Shown: positions 8,748-18,110 of the stretch, in pieces
Position numbering within the stretch: the first letter of the stretch is position 1
Layout: each line of letters opens with the position of its first letter
Source of the DNA: an uncultured Acidiferrobacteraceae bacterium
GTDB taxonomy: Bacteria; Pseudomonadota; Gammaproteobacteria; Acidiferrobacterales; SZUA-150
NCBI GenBank assembly: GCA_913009895.1
Contig: CAJVXY010000008.1
Coordinates: 9,904 to 73,903 of the forward strand
DNA: 64,000 bases
Direction of reading: 5' to 3'
Position numbers and translations under genes: made by a program
Notes under the pieces: generated by a model
What the model was told of the DNA's origin: nothing
Seen by the model: the letters and a program-made list of their open reading frames with translations, nothing else
Database searches by the model: none

Positions 8748-9149
8748 ATGTGCAATAAAATTACGATTGGTCTGGAGTTTTACTTTAAGGGAAACAAATA
8801 CTCGCCTTCTTTGGTGATTGATCTGGATGAGCATGTCCTGACCAAAAGGGATTTTGATTCGTTTTACGTAATATTGGCGAGTAGCGTCAATATTGATACC
8901 TACTCATATGAATACGAGATGATGCTTGCCCAGGAGATAAGCTTTTCAGCCGCAACCGGGCTGGCAACTATTTTTCTTGATAATGGTAATTTCGACTTTC
9001 CTGCGTTTCGGCAGACATTACAAGACGAGAGACTTGCTGCAGGCATATCAAAAATAGCCAGTGATCATTTGTCAGTTAATGACCTTTCGTCACGTCCTGA
9101 GCTAAAAACAGCTTTAACCAAAGCCTATCAATTGGGACAAAAATCGTAA
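8748..9149 (+). CDS. Hypothetical protein
   Basis: This is a 133-aa ORF with no obvious RBS and no family that I recognise. Confidence 0.3.
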   Translation: MCNKITIGLEFYFKGNKYSPSLVIDLDEHVLTKRDFDSFYVILASSVNIDTYSYEYEMMLAQEISFSAATGLATIFLDNGNFDFPAFRQTLQDERLAAGISKIASDHLSVNDLSSRPELKTALTKAYQLGQKS

Positions 9150-9182
9150 CTGGTATAATGCCACAAAATATGTTTTGTTCGT

Positions 9183-10085
9183 TTGTTTGCCAGGGAACTA
9201 CATTTGTTAAATAATTCAATATTAAAAATATTTATTCTCACAGGCCTGGCCTTAATTGCATTTGCCGCTAACTCGGTACTGGCGCGATTGGCACTAGGCA
9301 ATGAAACCATTGATGCCTCAAGTTTTACTGTTATCCGCCTGCTTTCGGGTTCACTGGTACTGCTCATAATCATAACCATTTCTCGAAACACAGGATCACC
9401 TGGAAAAGGCAGCTGGCCTGCCAGTTTCATGTTATTTCTCTACGCTATTACGTTTTCCTATGCTTATATTGTGTTAGACACAGGAACAGGAGCACTTATT
9501 CTGTTTGGCGCTGTTCAGATTACAATGATTTTGCTCTCGTTTATTTCCGGTACGCGCTTGCATTATACCGAATGGGTGGGCGTACTTGTTGCTTTCACAG
9601 GTTTTGTTTATCTGATTCTGCCCGGGGTTACTACGCCCTCGGTTTTTGGGTTTTTACTTATGACTATCGCCGGAATTGCATGGGGTGGTTATACCTTGAG
9701 GGGGCGTGGTTCGAAAAACCCGCTGCGAGATACCGCTTCTAATTTCATTCGAACAACACCACTCGTAATAATATTGGCCATCGCCACAATTAATAATTCC
9801 CATTATACAGCTGAAGGTATTTTATTGGCTTTATTGTCCGGTGGCCTTACATCTGGAATTGGTTATACGTTATGGTATATCGCCCTTGGTGGTCTATCTG
9901 TGACACAAGCGGCCGTATTACAACTATCAGTGCCAGTTATTGCCGCTGTGGGAGGCGTGATTTTTGTGTCAGAAGCCATTACTTCCCGTCTTACAATTTC
10001 ATCTATCATGGTGCTTGGCGGTATTTTAATGGTCATTTTAGGCAGGTATTACATTAACCGACTTAGTACAAACGTGAAAACATAA
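9183..10085 (+). CDS. DMT-superfamily (EamA-like) transporter
   Basis: It has ~10 predicted TM helices and a two-fold EamA-like organisation (ANSVLARLAL..., ...AWGGYTLRGR...). The TTG start is uncertain. Confidence 0.7.
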   Translation: MFARELHLLNNSILKIFILTGLALIAFAANSVLARLALGNETIDASSFTVIRLLSGSLVLLIIITISRNTGSPGKGSWPASFMLFLYAITFSYAYIVLDTGTGALILFGAVQITMILLSFISGTRLHYTEWVGVLVAFTGFVYLILPGVTTPSVFGFLLMTIAGIAWGGYTLRGRGSKNPLRDTASNFIRTTPLVIILAIATINNSHYTAEGILLALLSGGLTSGIGYTLWYIALGGLSVTQAAVLQLSVPVIAAVGGVIFVSEAITSRLTISSIMVLGGILMVILGRYYINRLSTNVKT

Positions 10086-10143
10086 CACGGTGATTATAAT
10101 TAAAGGATAAGCCTGCAAAAAATCTAACCACAAGGGGAAGACG

Positions 10144-10897
10144 GTGAAAGCAAATGAGCTTCAAATTCATATATTTAAAACATACTTGTCGTTACGATAC
10201 GGCATGGCGATATTCGCCTTTGCTTTTCCGGTGCTACTCTACGCAATTGGTGTTTATAATGACATACCACTGCAGGACTCCATGAGTAACTATTATTTTG
10301 CTACACCCTGTGAGGCAATATCTAAATCATGTGATGCGGCCGGGTCAGTTTTTTTATCCAACGGCAAAATGGGTCGAACCAGAATTTCCCATGCGAATCT
10401 GGTTCGTGGGCCTGCTCTTCTCAATTGGGGCATTCTTGTTTCTATATAGTGGCTTTAGCAAAAAAGAGGACTGGCTTTTAAACCTTGCGGGTATTTTCGC
10501 CTGGGGTGTCGCAATATTTCCAATGGATATTGATCCAGCAAGTAGCTGGCGAGACATAAATGCCCACGGCGTAAGTGCGATCGCTCTCTTTGTATGCATG
10601 GTGCTCGTGGTATGGTTGTGTGCCCGGGATACACTTGAATACGTGACTGATGAAAAATTACGAAAGCGGTTTATTTTAAAGTACAACGTAATTGGAATCC
10701 TCATGGGGGTTTTCCCGATTATTGCCTTGATATTCACGCTCATACTACGGGCTTATGGTAAACATGTGTTTTTTATAGAGGCGGCTGGCATCTGGACATT
10801 CGCAATTTACTGGTGGGTAAAGCCCAGGGAGCTCGCGCATACCGGGGCAGACAAACGGGCCTTGCAGGCAGAAATTGAGCTCAACAGGCCGGCGTAA
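10144..10897 (+). pseudogene. Polytopic membrane protein (DUF998-like?) split into two overlapping ORFs by a frameshift in a T7 run (10349-10355)
   Basis: ORF 10144..10449 supplies the N-terminus (...SMSNYYFATPCEAISKSCDAAGS). ORF 10298..10897 supplies the rest (...YPTAKWVEPEFPMRIWFVGLLFSIGAFLFLYSGF...). Removing one T from the run joins them as ...AAGSVFYPTAKWV.... Confidence 0.65.
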
Positions 10898-10933
10898 TTA
10901 TTTATTTATTTCAGTAATAATACGGAGTTCATC

Positions 10934-11347
10934 ATGGGATTCACGAGAAAATACATTAGAGAAAGTAATTTTGTGCTCACGTTAGTACGAGATAGCGTTA
11001 GTGATAAAGAGTTGTGTGATCATGTACGTCTACTCACTGCAGAAACAGTAGACATGCATCCCTTTCTTGAGCTTACTGATGTAACTGAATTACGTGATTT
11101 ATCCGGAATTACCGAACTAGGCACCATAACAACTGGTACGTTCGAGGGAGAAAGAAAACCTCACAAGGTAGACAAATTGGCAGTACTTGTTGCCAGTGAT
11201 GAGTTGTACGAATTGGCAGCCGCTTATATGGCTACCAGTCTCTACTATCGACATGAAGCAAAAATATTCAAAGATTTCAGACAAGCCATTGAATGGTTGG
11301 GTGTCGCTGACCTTGAAAATGAGATAAATAATCTAAGAAGGGAATGA
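10934..11347 (+). CDS. Hypothetical protein (possibly a SpoIIAA/STAS-like fold)
   Basis: This is a 137-aa ORF with an RBS-like ACGGAG. The C-terminal ...FRQAIEWLG echoes the 6674 protein. The family assignment is not secure. Confidence 0.35.
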   Translation: MGFTRKYIRESNFVLTLVRDSVSDKELCDHVRLLTAETVDMHPFLELTDVTELRDLSGITELGTITTGTFEGERKPHKVDKLAVLVASDELYELAAAYMATSLYYRHEAKIFKDFRQAIEWLGVADLENEINNLRRE

Positions 11348-11401
11348 CGCCTATTATCAGATGATAATTATTCCCAGCCATATCTTCGCCTTTAAAAAAT
11401 A

Positions 11402-12091
11402 ATGTTATTTAATAAAAGCGGTTACTATTTTATAGTTTTACTTGCCCTGGCGGTAATAGGGTTTTGGGGGTCATATTTTTCAAAATCATTTAGCGGGATA
11501 AATCATTATATCCATATTCATGTAATCGCGATGTTGCTCTGGATCGGCTTGCTTATCACGCAAGCATTCTTGATAAGGCACAAAAAACGATATTTGCATA
11601 GAACTATTGGCAAACTTTCTTATGTATTAGTGCCAGTACTCGTAGTTTCACTTGTTTTATTGGCGCATAATCAAATTACCATTCATGATTACGGAATATC
11701 GTATTCCCGTCTTTATATATTATTCCTGCAACTATCATTATTGGCAATTTTTGTAATTGCATATGTTTTGGCCATAATTTATCGTAAATCACCCAGCCAT
11801 CATGCACGTTACATGATTAGTACATCATTAACCCTGATTGATCCGGCAGTTGCGAGAATACCGTTAAATCTGCCGTCACTTCCTTTTAGTTACCAGGTGC
11901 TAACGTTTACACTTACAGATATAATACTACTGATTTTAATTATCATCGAACGTAAACAAACGAAAGGGCGGGAAGTATTTCCGATTATGCTGGCAATATT
12001 CCTGTTTTTTCAGACATTCAATCTAACATGGTCAGATAGTAAAACCTGGGATAATTTTTCCCTGTGGTTTGCCAATCTTCCGCTGACTTGA
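11402..12091 (+). CDS. Hypothetical polytopic membrane protein
   Basis: The 229-aa product has ~6 hydrophobic helices. I recognise no family. Confidence 0.4.
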   Translation: MLFNKSGYYFIVLLALAVIGFWGSYFSKSFSGINHYIHIHVIAMLLWIGLLITQAFLIRHKKRYLHRTIGKLSYVLVPVLVVSLVLLAHNQITIHDYGISYSRLYILFLQLSLLAIFVIAYVLAIIYRKSPSHHARYMISTSLTLIDPAVARIPLNLPSLPFSYQVLTFTLTDIILLILIIIERKQTKGREVFPIMLAIFLFFQTFNLTWSDSKTWDNFSLWFANLPLT

Positions 12092-12152
12092 GTAGGGCAT
12101 AGTTATAGTTTTTAATTCTTAAAACCGTTTACTAATAAGAGTAAATATTTAG

Positions 12153-13322
12153 ATGAGTCTAATAGAAGAATTCATACGCAAAGAATCGACAAGTGGCATG
12201 TTGTTAATTTTAGCAACTATTTTAGCGCTTATATTTAGCAATACATTCATGGAGCCACTGTATCAGTCGTTCTTGCATATTCCCGTTGAGATACGAGTTG
12301 GTTCCCTGCGTCTGGATAAGTCACTTTACCACTGGGTAAATGATGGCTTGATGGCTATTTTCTTTTTATTAATTGGCCTTGAAGTAAAAAGGGAATTACT
12401 AGAGGGCCATTTGTCATCAATAAAACAGATTGCATTGCCTGGATTTGCTGCCATCGGCGGTATGGTTGTACCAGCAATTATTTACCTGGCATTCAACATA
12501 AATAATCCGGCCGCAGTAAATGGATGGGCAATACCAACAGCAACGGATATAGCCTTTGCATTGGGCATTCTTTCTTTGCTGGGAAACCGGGTACCTATAT
12601 CCCTTAAAATATTTTTAATGGCATTAGCCATTATTGATGACCTGGGCGCAATCGTAATTATTGCGATTTTTTACACAACAGATTTGTCAACATTATCTAT
12701 TGTGGTCGCACTTGTTTCTTTGACAATATTAATCATATTCAACATTTTAGGTGTTACCAAAAAGGCGGCATATTTCATTGTTGGTATAATTTTATGGATA
12801 AGCGTCCTCAAATCCGGTGTCCATGCTACTTTGGCCGGGGTTGCATTGGCATTTACAATTCCACTAACAGGTAAGGATGGGGATAAACAAACCAACTCGC
12901 CACTTAAAGAGATAGAACATAGTCTCCATTTCTGGGTTGCATTCTTTATTCTGCCCTTATTTGCTTTTGTTAATGCCGGGGTCGACATTACCGAGATATC
13001 GTTAAGCCAAATGGCTGGTTCTGTGCCATTAGGGATCATGCTTGGATTGTTTGTCGGTAAACAAGTGGGTGTATTCGGGTTTAGCTGGATTGCGATAAAA
13101 CTTAAATTGGCAACATTACCGGAGGGCAGCAACTGGGTGCAGCTTTACGGGGTTTCATTATTAACAGGCATCGGCTTTACCATGAGCCTCTTTATCGTCT
13201 CCCTGGCATTTGAAGATGACAGTATTTTTCAATACACCGATAAACTGGCAATCCTTGTGGCGTCATTTTTGTCCGGAATCGTGGGTTATTTAATTCTAAA
13301 AATAAAAAAACGTACTCAGTAA
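12153..13322 (+). CDS. nhaA: Na+/H+ antiporter NhaA
   Basis: HWVNDGLMAIFFLLIGLEVKRELLEG, IPTATDIAFALG and AIIDDLGAIVIIA are hallmark NhaA motifs. Confidence 0.95.
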   Translation: MSLIEEFIRKESTSGMLLILATILALIFSNTFMEPLYQSFLHIPVEIRVGSLRLDKSLYHWVNDGLMAIFFLLIGLEVKRELLEGHLSSIKQIALPGFAAIGGMVVPAIIYLAFNINNPAAVNGWAIPTATDIAFALGILSLLGNRVPISLKIFLMALAIIDDLGAIVIIAIFYTTDLSTLSIVVALVSLTILIIFNILGVTKKAAYFIVGIILWISVLKSGVHATLAGVALAFTIPLTGKDGDKQTNSPLKEIEHSLHFWVAFFILPLFAFVNAGVDITEISLSQMAGSVPLGIMLGLFVGKQVGVFGFSWIAIKLKLATLPEGSNWVQLYGVSLLTGIGFTMSLFIVSLAFEDDSIFQYTDKLAILVASFLSGIVGYLILKIKKRTQ

Positions 13323-13402
13323 AACTATTCAACAAGGACGCATTTTCTACTGCTGTGTTTAAACTTGACAAGTTACGTTAATCACAAATCAGGCCATGAT
13401 TT

Positions 13403-14473
13403 ATGAAAAAAGGCGAATCTAAAATACCGGCATATTTAGTGCTGCGAGTCATTTCTTTATTTTTGGTTACAATAGGAACAGGTCTTTTATTACTTGCTGG
13501 CGTATCTTTAGTATCCGTTGCACCAATAATAGGCCAACAAGGTTTTGCCATGCCCATAACCGGGTTACTGTTGTTATTTGTTGGGTTTGTCGGACCTGCG
13601 AGAATTATCATTAAAGGTGTCCATGTTCCAGCAGAAGTCCGGCAAACCATACTTGTTCATGCCATCGTTTTACCGATCATAGGATTAGTGTTAATTTTAG
13701 CCGCTATTGTTAATGCACCAACATTTGTGGCGTGGTCCTATATTATAGTAGGACTGTTAATAATGGTGTCTGCTTTAGTCGGGTTTTATGCTTTAAGCAG
13801 AAAATTACCTCCTACATTTTACATCAGTGAAATGTTGAGTGTTATCAAATCAGTTGGTCTCACTGGCGATAAAAAGAACAGTCCGGCAGATCGGGAGTTT
13901 ACACGCTGGACAGAAGGTAAGCCTGATGGTGTGTTGCTTGGGACGACAGCACCTGATGGCAAAGTAACCACCATGACAGGTGAAACCGTGTCCCTGAACA
14001 CTTTTTTTGCAGACAGTGGCTCGTCATTGCTGGTGTTGAATTTTGGTTCATATACCTGTCCGCATTTCAGGAAACGCATAAATGAACTTCATTCACTTAT
14101 GGATAAATGGTTAGACCGGGGCGTACGGTTTTTAACCGTTTACACAGCGGAGGCACATCCTGAAGATGGCTGGAAACTGGCCCATCAATATGACAACGAT
14201 GCCGAATACACTAATGAAAATGACTTTAATTTTTACTATGCCAGAAGTATTGATGATCGCAGTAAAATGGCAAAATGGTTAATAGAAAAAAAACATTTCA
14301 AGCTGCCTGTTGTACTGGATTCAATGGAGAATGACTTGTTAAAAGCCTATAACACATGGCCAATACGCCTGTATATTATCGACGCAGGCAAGGTGGTTTT
14401 TTGTGGTCAGCAGGGCCCTTTTGGTTACGAGCCAGGCCGTGTCGATAAGGCACTGAAAAGTATGTTGGGTTAA
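13403..14473 (+). CDS. Membrane-anchored deiodinase-like thioredoxin-fold protein
   Basis: The N-terminal ~140 aa holds 4-5 TM helices. The C-terminal domain has LVLNFGSYTCPHFRKRINEL...VYTAEAHPEDGW, the Cys version of the iodothyronine-deiodinase (T4_deiodinase) active-site region. Confidence 0.65.
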   Translation: MKKGESKIPAYLVLRVISLFLVTIGTGLLLLAGVSLVSVAPIIGQQGFAMPITGLLLLFVGFVGPARIIIKGVHVPAEVRQTILVHAIVLPIIGLVLILAAIVNAPTFVAWSYIIVGLLIMVSALVGFYALSRKLPPTFYISEMLSVIKSVGLTGDKKNSPADREFTRWTEGKPDGVLLGTTAPDGKVTTMTGETVSLNTFFADSGSSLLVLNFGSYTCPHFRKRINELHSLMDKWLDRGVRFLTVYTAEAHPEDGWKLAHQYDNDAEYTNENDFNFYYARSIDDRSKMAKWLIEKKHFKLPVVLDSMENDLLKAYNTWPIRLYIIDAGKVVFCGQQGPFGYEPGRVDKALKSMLG

Positions 14474-14702
14474 CGATTGTACGAAATAGTTTTAAAAAAA
14501 TGTAGACCGCAATGTTCGTGACTGAAGAAATAGCACTTCGCTCAGAGATCAAGCCTCAGAGCTGGCCAAAGCGTTTTATATTACTTTTGGTTTGGCCCTG
14601 AGGGGTAAGTCCTGTCCTCCTGGGGTGTGGCTCCGACTTGCATTATTAAAAGGGGCGGACTTTCACCTTTCCGATTATATTTACGTGTTCTACAATCACG
14701 CC

Positions 14703-16094
14703 ATGACGAACATCCCTGAACTATTATTACCTGCGGGCACCCTGAAAAACATGCAGTATGCCTTTGCATTTGGTGCAGATGCTGTGTATGCCGGTCAGCC
14801 ACGTTACAGCCTGCGTGTCCGCAATAATGATTTTACCCTGGCCAACCTGACAAAAGGGGTGGCAGAGGCCCACCGTTTAGGCAAGAAATTTTTTGTAACC
14901 AGTAACCTCGTGCCCCATAACGTCAAAATCAAAACCTATATGGCGGACATGGCGCCGGTCATTGCCCTCAAACCTGATGCATTGATTATGGCCGATCCAG
15001 GTTTAATTATGATGGTACGGGAGCGCTGGCCTGATATGCCCATTCATTTATCCGTCCAGGCCAATACCGTGAATTTTGCAGCAGTAAAATTCTGGCAATC
15101 TTTGGGGCTGACACGCATTATTCTTTCACGAGAATTGTCTCTCGATGAAATCGAGGACATACGACAACGGTGCCCTGATATAGAGCTTGAGGTATTTGTT
15201 CACGGGGCGTTGTGTATTGCCTATTCAGGGCGTTGCCTGTTATCGGGATATTTTAATCACCGGGACCCCAATCAGGGAGCCTGCACGAATTCTTGTCGCT
15301 GGCAATATAAAGTCGTTAGTGGCCAGGAAAATGAGTCCGGCGACATAAGCCCGGAAATAATAAACTTCGATGCCCAGGCCGCTATGAAAGCGGGTAATGA
15401 TTTTTCAGAACATGCGGAAACCTTACGGCATCCATTGGCTGACCAGGTTTACCTGATAGAAGAAAAGCAGCGCCCGGGTGAATACATGCCCATCATGGAA
15501 GACGAGCATGGTACTTATATAATGAATTCCCGGGATTTGCGTGCCATCCAACACGTGGAACGTTTGGCTAAAATGGGCATTGATTCCCTGAAAATTGAGG
15601 GGCGTACCAAGTCATATTATTATGTTGCGCGCACTGCGCAGCTTTATCGCCAGGCTATTAACGACGCGGCAGAGAACCGGCCTTTTAATGCCGACCTGTA
15701 TTGGAAACTGGAAGGCCTGGCCAACCGTGGTTACACGGATGGTTTTTATCAGCGACACCCTGATCAGGCCTACCAGAATTATCTTGATAACAAAGCGGAT
15801 AGTGGCCAGCAACGATTTGTTGGTGAAATAATTAAATATGAGCATGGTTTGGCAGAAATCGACGTAAAAAATAAATTTGCAGTGGGTGATTCACTGGAAT
15901 TAATCCTTCCCGGGGGCAATCAAACGATAAAGCTTGAAAGTATGGAAGATCTGGGGGGCAATCCGATGACAGAAGCATTGGGTGGAGGTTACCAGGTGCG
16001 TATTCCGTTACCAGATGCGGATTACGACAAGGCTTTAATCGCAGTTAATCTACAAAAAAATGATCCTGTTTTTAATCAATCCAGAAATAATTGA
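14703..16094 (+). CDS. trhP: U32-family protein YegQ/TrhP (prephenate-dependent tRNA ho5U34 hydroxylation factor)
   Basis: From the ATG at 14703 it reads MTNIPELLLPAGTLKNMQYAFAFGADAVYAGQPRYSLRVRNNDF, near-identical in pattern to the E. coli YegQ N-terminus as I recall it. The 463-aa length fits. The longer called ORF (14592) adds non-homologous residues. Confidence 0.85.
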   Translation: MTNIPELLLPAGTLKNMQYAFAFGADAVYAGQPRYSLRVRNNDFTLANLTKGVAEAHRLGKKFFVTSNLVPHNVKIKTYMADMAPVIALKPDALIMADPGLIMMVRERWPDMPIHLSVQANTVNFAAVKFWQSLGLTRIILSRELSLDEIEDIRQRCPDIELEVFVHGALCIAYSGRCLLSGYFNHRDPNQGACTNSCRWQYKVVSGQENESGDISPEIINFDAQAAMKAGNDFSEHAETLRHPLADQVYLIEEKQRPGEYMPIMEDEHGTYIMNSRDLRAIQHVERLAKMGIDSLKIEGRTKSYYYVARTAQLYRQAINDAAENRPFNADLYWKLEGLANRGYTDGFYQRHPDQAYQNYLDNKADSGQQRFVGEIIKYEHGLAEIDVKNKFAVGDSLELILPGGNQTIKLESMEDLGGNPMTEALGGGYQVRIPLPDADYDKALIAVNLQKNDPVFNQSRNN

Positions 16095-16570
16095 AAAACA
16101 CCAGAAATAAAAAATTACAGGTAACATCTGTACTAAAATCTTCCCTGCCAGTAATACCCTCAGTGGCAATAAGTCGGTCCCGTTCAAAGCAACCATGATT
16201 ACTTTTTCTCGAGTTATAAATAGTGATGAATATCAATAGAAGCGTTCCATGTGGCTGGTTATGTGTTTAGAAATGGGAGCTTGATCAGGATTTTATATCA
16301 AAATTAACCACGTCATCTAATCTTTTGATAGAAGTATCCTGAATAAGTGGTTGAATGTTCATACAACAAAATGTGTATTCTATAATTTAATTTTTTCTTT
16401 CTTTACCCTCAGGTATGATGTTGGTATTGGTTTCAATGGAATGGATAAACTTCACATAAGGAAACTTCGTAATTTACTTTGACATCTATTGGGGGTGCCA
16501 ATAGAGAGGTCGCAAGCCAATGTTTTGTTGCACATAAAAAACATTATACGCAGGAGAGGAGAGGCACGTG

Positions 16571-17953
16571 ATGGAGGGGAAATCAGTCGCAGATAATGCG
16601 TGCCTGGAGAGCTTTGTTAAATTCCTTACTGAGCTGAACAATACATCGTCAGAATTCGTCCTCGAGGGACAGCTGGCACGGGTGCTTGAGGATTGGCAGT
16701 CCAGTCGATTGGGGGTTGATCAGACCTACACTACCTTACTAACAATTATTCTGAATACGCTTTTAGAGGACGGGAATGGTGCCGGTATTGCCAAGCTGGG
16801 GTCAAGGCTGATTAATACCCTGCAATCTCCGGCACAGGCTAAAGCGGCCCCCAGGGATAATCAGCATCAGCAGACAATACCAGCACCCGACCAGGCATCC
16901 ATTGATAGAGATCGCCAGTTGAGCTCAGCTATTGATAATTTGCGAAATGCTATAAGTGGCAAGGAAGCGAAATCGTTTACCGAATCAGCACAGTTGCCTG
17001 ATAAAAACAACACAACACCTAAGAAACAATTATCGGATACTGAAAGGAATAATGGCAATGAAGAACAAGAAAAAACTTATCCAGAAGTAGAGCGAAGAGT
17101 TAATTCTGCGTATCGGCAACATCTTGATCGCAAGCATGGCGAGATAGAAAAACTGCAAGAGGTGCTTGCGCAAAAAGCTGTTGAGGCGATTGCCCAAAAC
17201 AAGGAATTTGGTGCGCTCCTTGAGATTGAGCGTGGGGCACTACGACAAGCGAGCAGTATCACAGAAATAGAGGAGTTAAAGGAAATACTTATTGGTGGCA
17301 CTGAAGAGTTAATCGAAGGGCAGAGGGCGCTGTCAGAGAAATTGCGCAGCTCCTTTGATTATCTGAAGATAATTAAATCTGACAGTGAAAGATTACACGA
17401 TGAGCTCAGCAAGGTACGTTTACTGAGTCTTACGGATGAATACACAGGACTGCCAAATAGAAGGGCGTTTATGCGCAGACTAAAAGATGAAATAGCTCGT
17501 GCGCAGCGCTATGAGACATCTTTGGCATTAGTTTTAATCGATCTCGATCACTTTAAGAACATAAATGACCGGTATGGGCACCAGGCAGGAGACGAAGTGC
17601 TTAACTGGTATTCTCATAATGCATTACTGATTTTTCGTCACTATGATATGGTGGCGCGTTATGGTGGTGAGGAGTTTGCTGTGTTGTTTCCAAATACTAC
17701 TCATGAAGGTGCATTAAGGGCGTTACATAAAATGCGAAACTGTATTGATGACGCAAAATGTACTTTCGATAATACAATAATAGACATACCAACATTTTCA
17801 GCGGGACTAACAATTTATCAGGATGGCGAGGAACCGGAGGCTTTTATTAATCGTACAGACAAGGTACTTTATCAAGCAAAAAACCTGGGCAGGAATCGAA
17901 TAGAAGTTGAAACTCCCAGTGGTGAGGAGCTAAATCAGACCAACGGGGTTTAA
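16571..17953 (+). CDS. Diguanylate cyclase (GGDEF) with a long coiled-coil N-terminal region
   Basis: The C-terminal domain reads TGLPNRRAF...LIDLDHFKNINDRYGHQAGDEVL...RYGGEEFAVL. The ATG at 16571 lies 6-7 nt after GGAGAGG. Confidence 0.9.
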   Translation: MEGKSVADNACLESFVKFLTELNNTSSEFVLEGQLARVLEDWQSSRLGVDQTYTTLLTIILNTLLEDGNGAGIAKLGSRLINTLQSPAQAKAAPRDNQHQQTIPAPDQASIDRDRQLSSAIDNLRNAISGKEAKSFTESAQLPDKNNTTPKKQLSDTERNNGNEEQEKTYPEVERRVNSAYRQHLDRKHGEIEKLQEVLAQKAVEAIAQNKEFGALLEIERGALRQASSITEIEELKEILIGGTEELIEGQRALSEKLRSSFDYLKIIKSDSERLHDELSKVRLLSLTDEYTGLPNRRAFMRRLKDEIARAQRYETSLALVLIDLDHFKNINDRYGHQAGDEVLNWYSHNALLIFRHYDMVARYGGEEFAVLFPNTTHEGALRALHKMRNCIDDAKCTFDNTIIDIPTFSAGLTIYQDGEEPEAFINRTDKVLYQAKNLGRNRIEVETPSGEELNQTNGV

Positions 17954-18110
17954 TTTTACCGTGGTCATTCTGATTTCTGAAGACTGAAATATCCGGGAGT
18001 TGATATCCGCCTGGCTCACTTTTTTCAATTTAGCAGCGGCCGGGCACGTCAACGATGAATTTTCCGGAATTGAGAGAGGAAATAGTCGTCTTGAACAGTT
18101 TGAGCTTTAT

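Noticed and set aside
13403-14473. Selenocysteine recoding in the deiodinase-like gene (and in the DsrC-like gene at 288-614)
   Set aside because: The deiodinase-like active site uses a TGT/TGC Cys with no in-frame TGA. The DsrC-like gene ends in TAA, not TGA, and read-through would add a long non-homologous tail.
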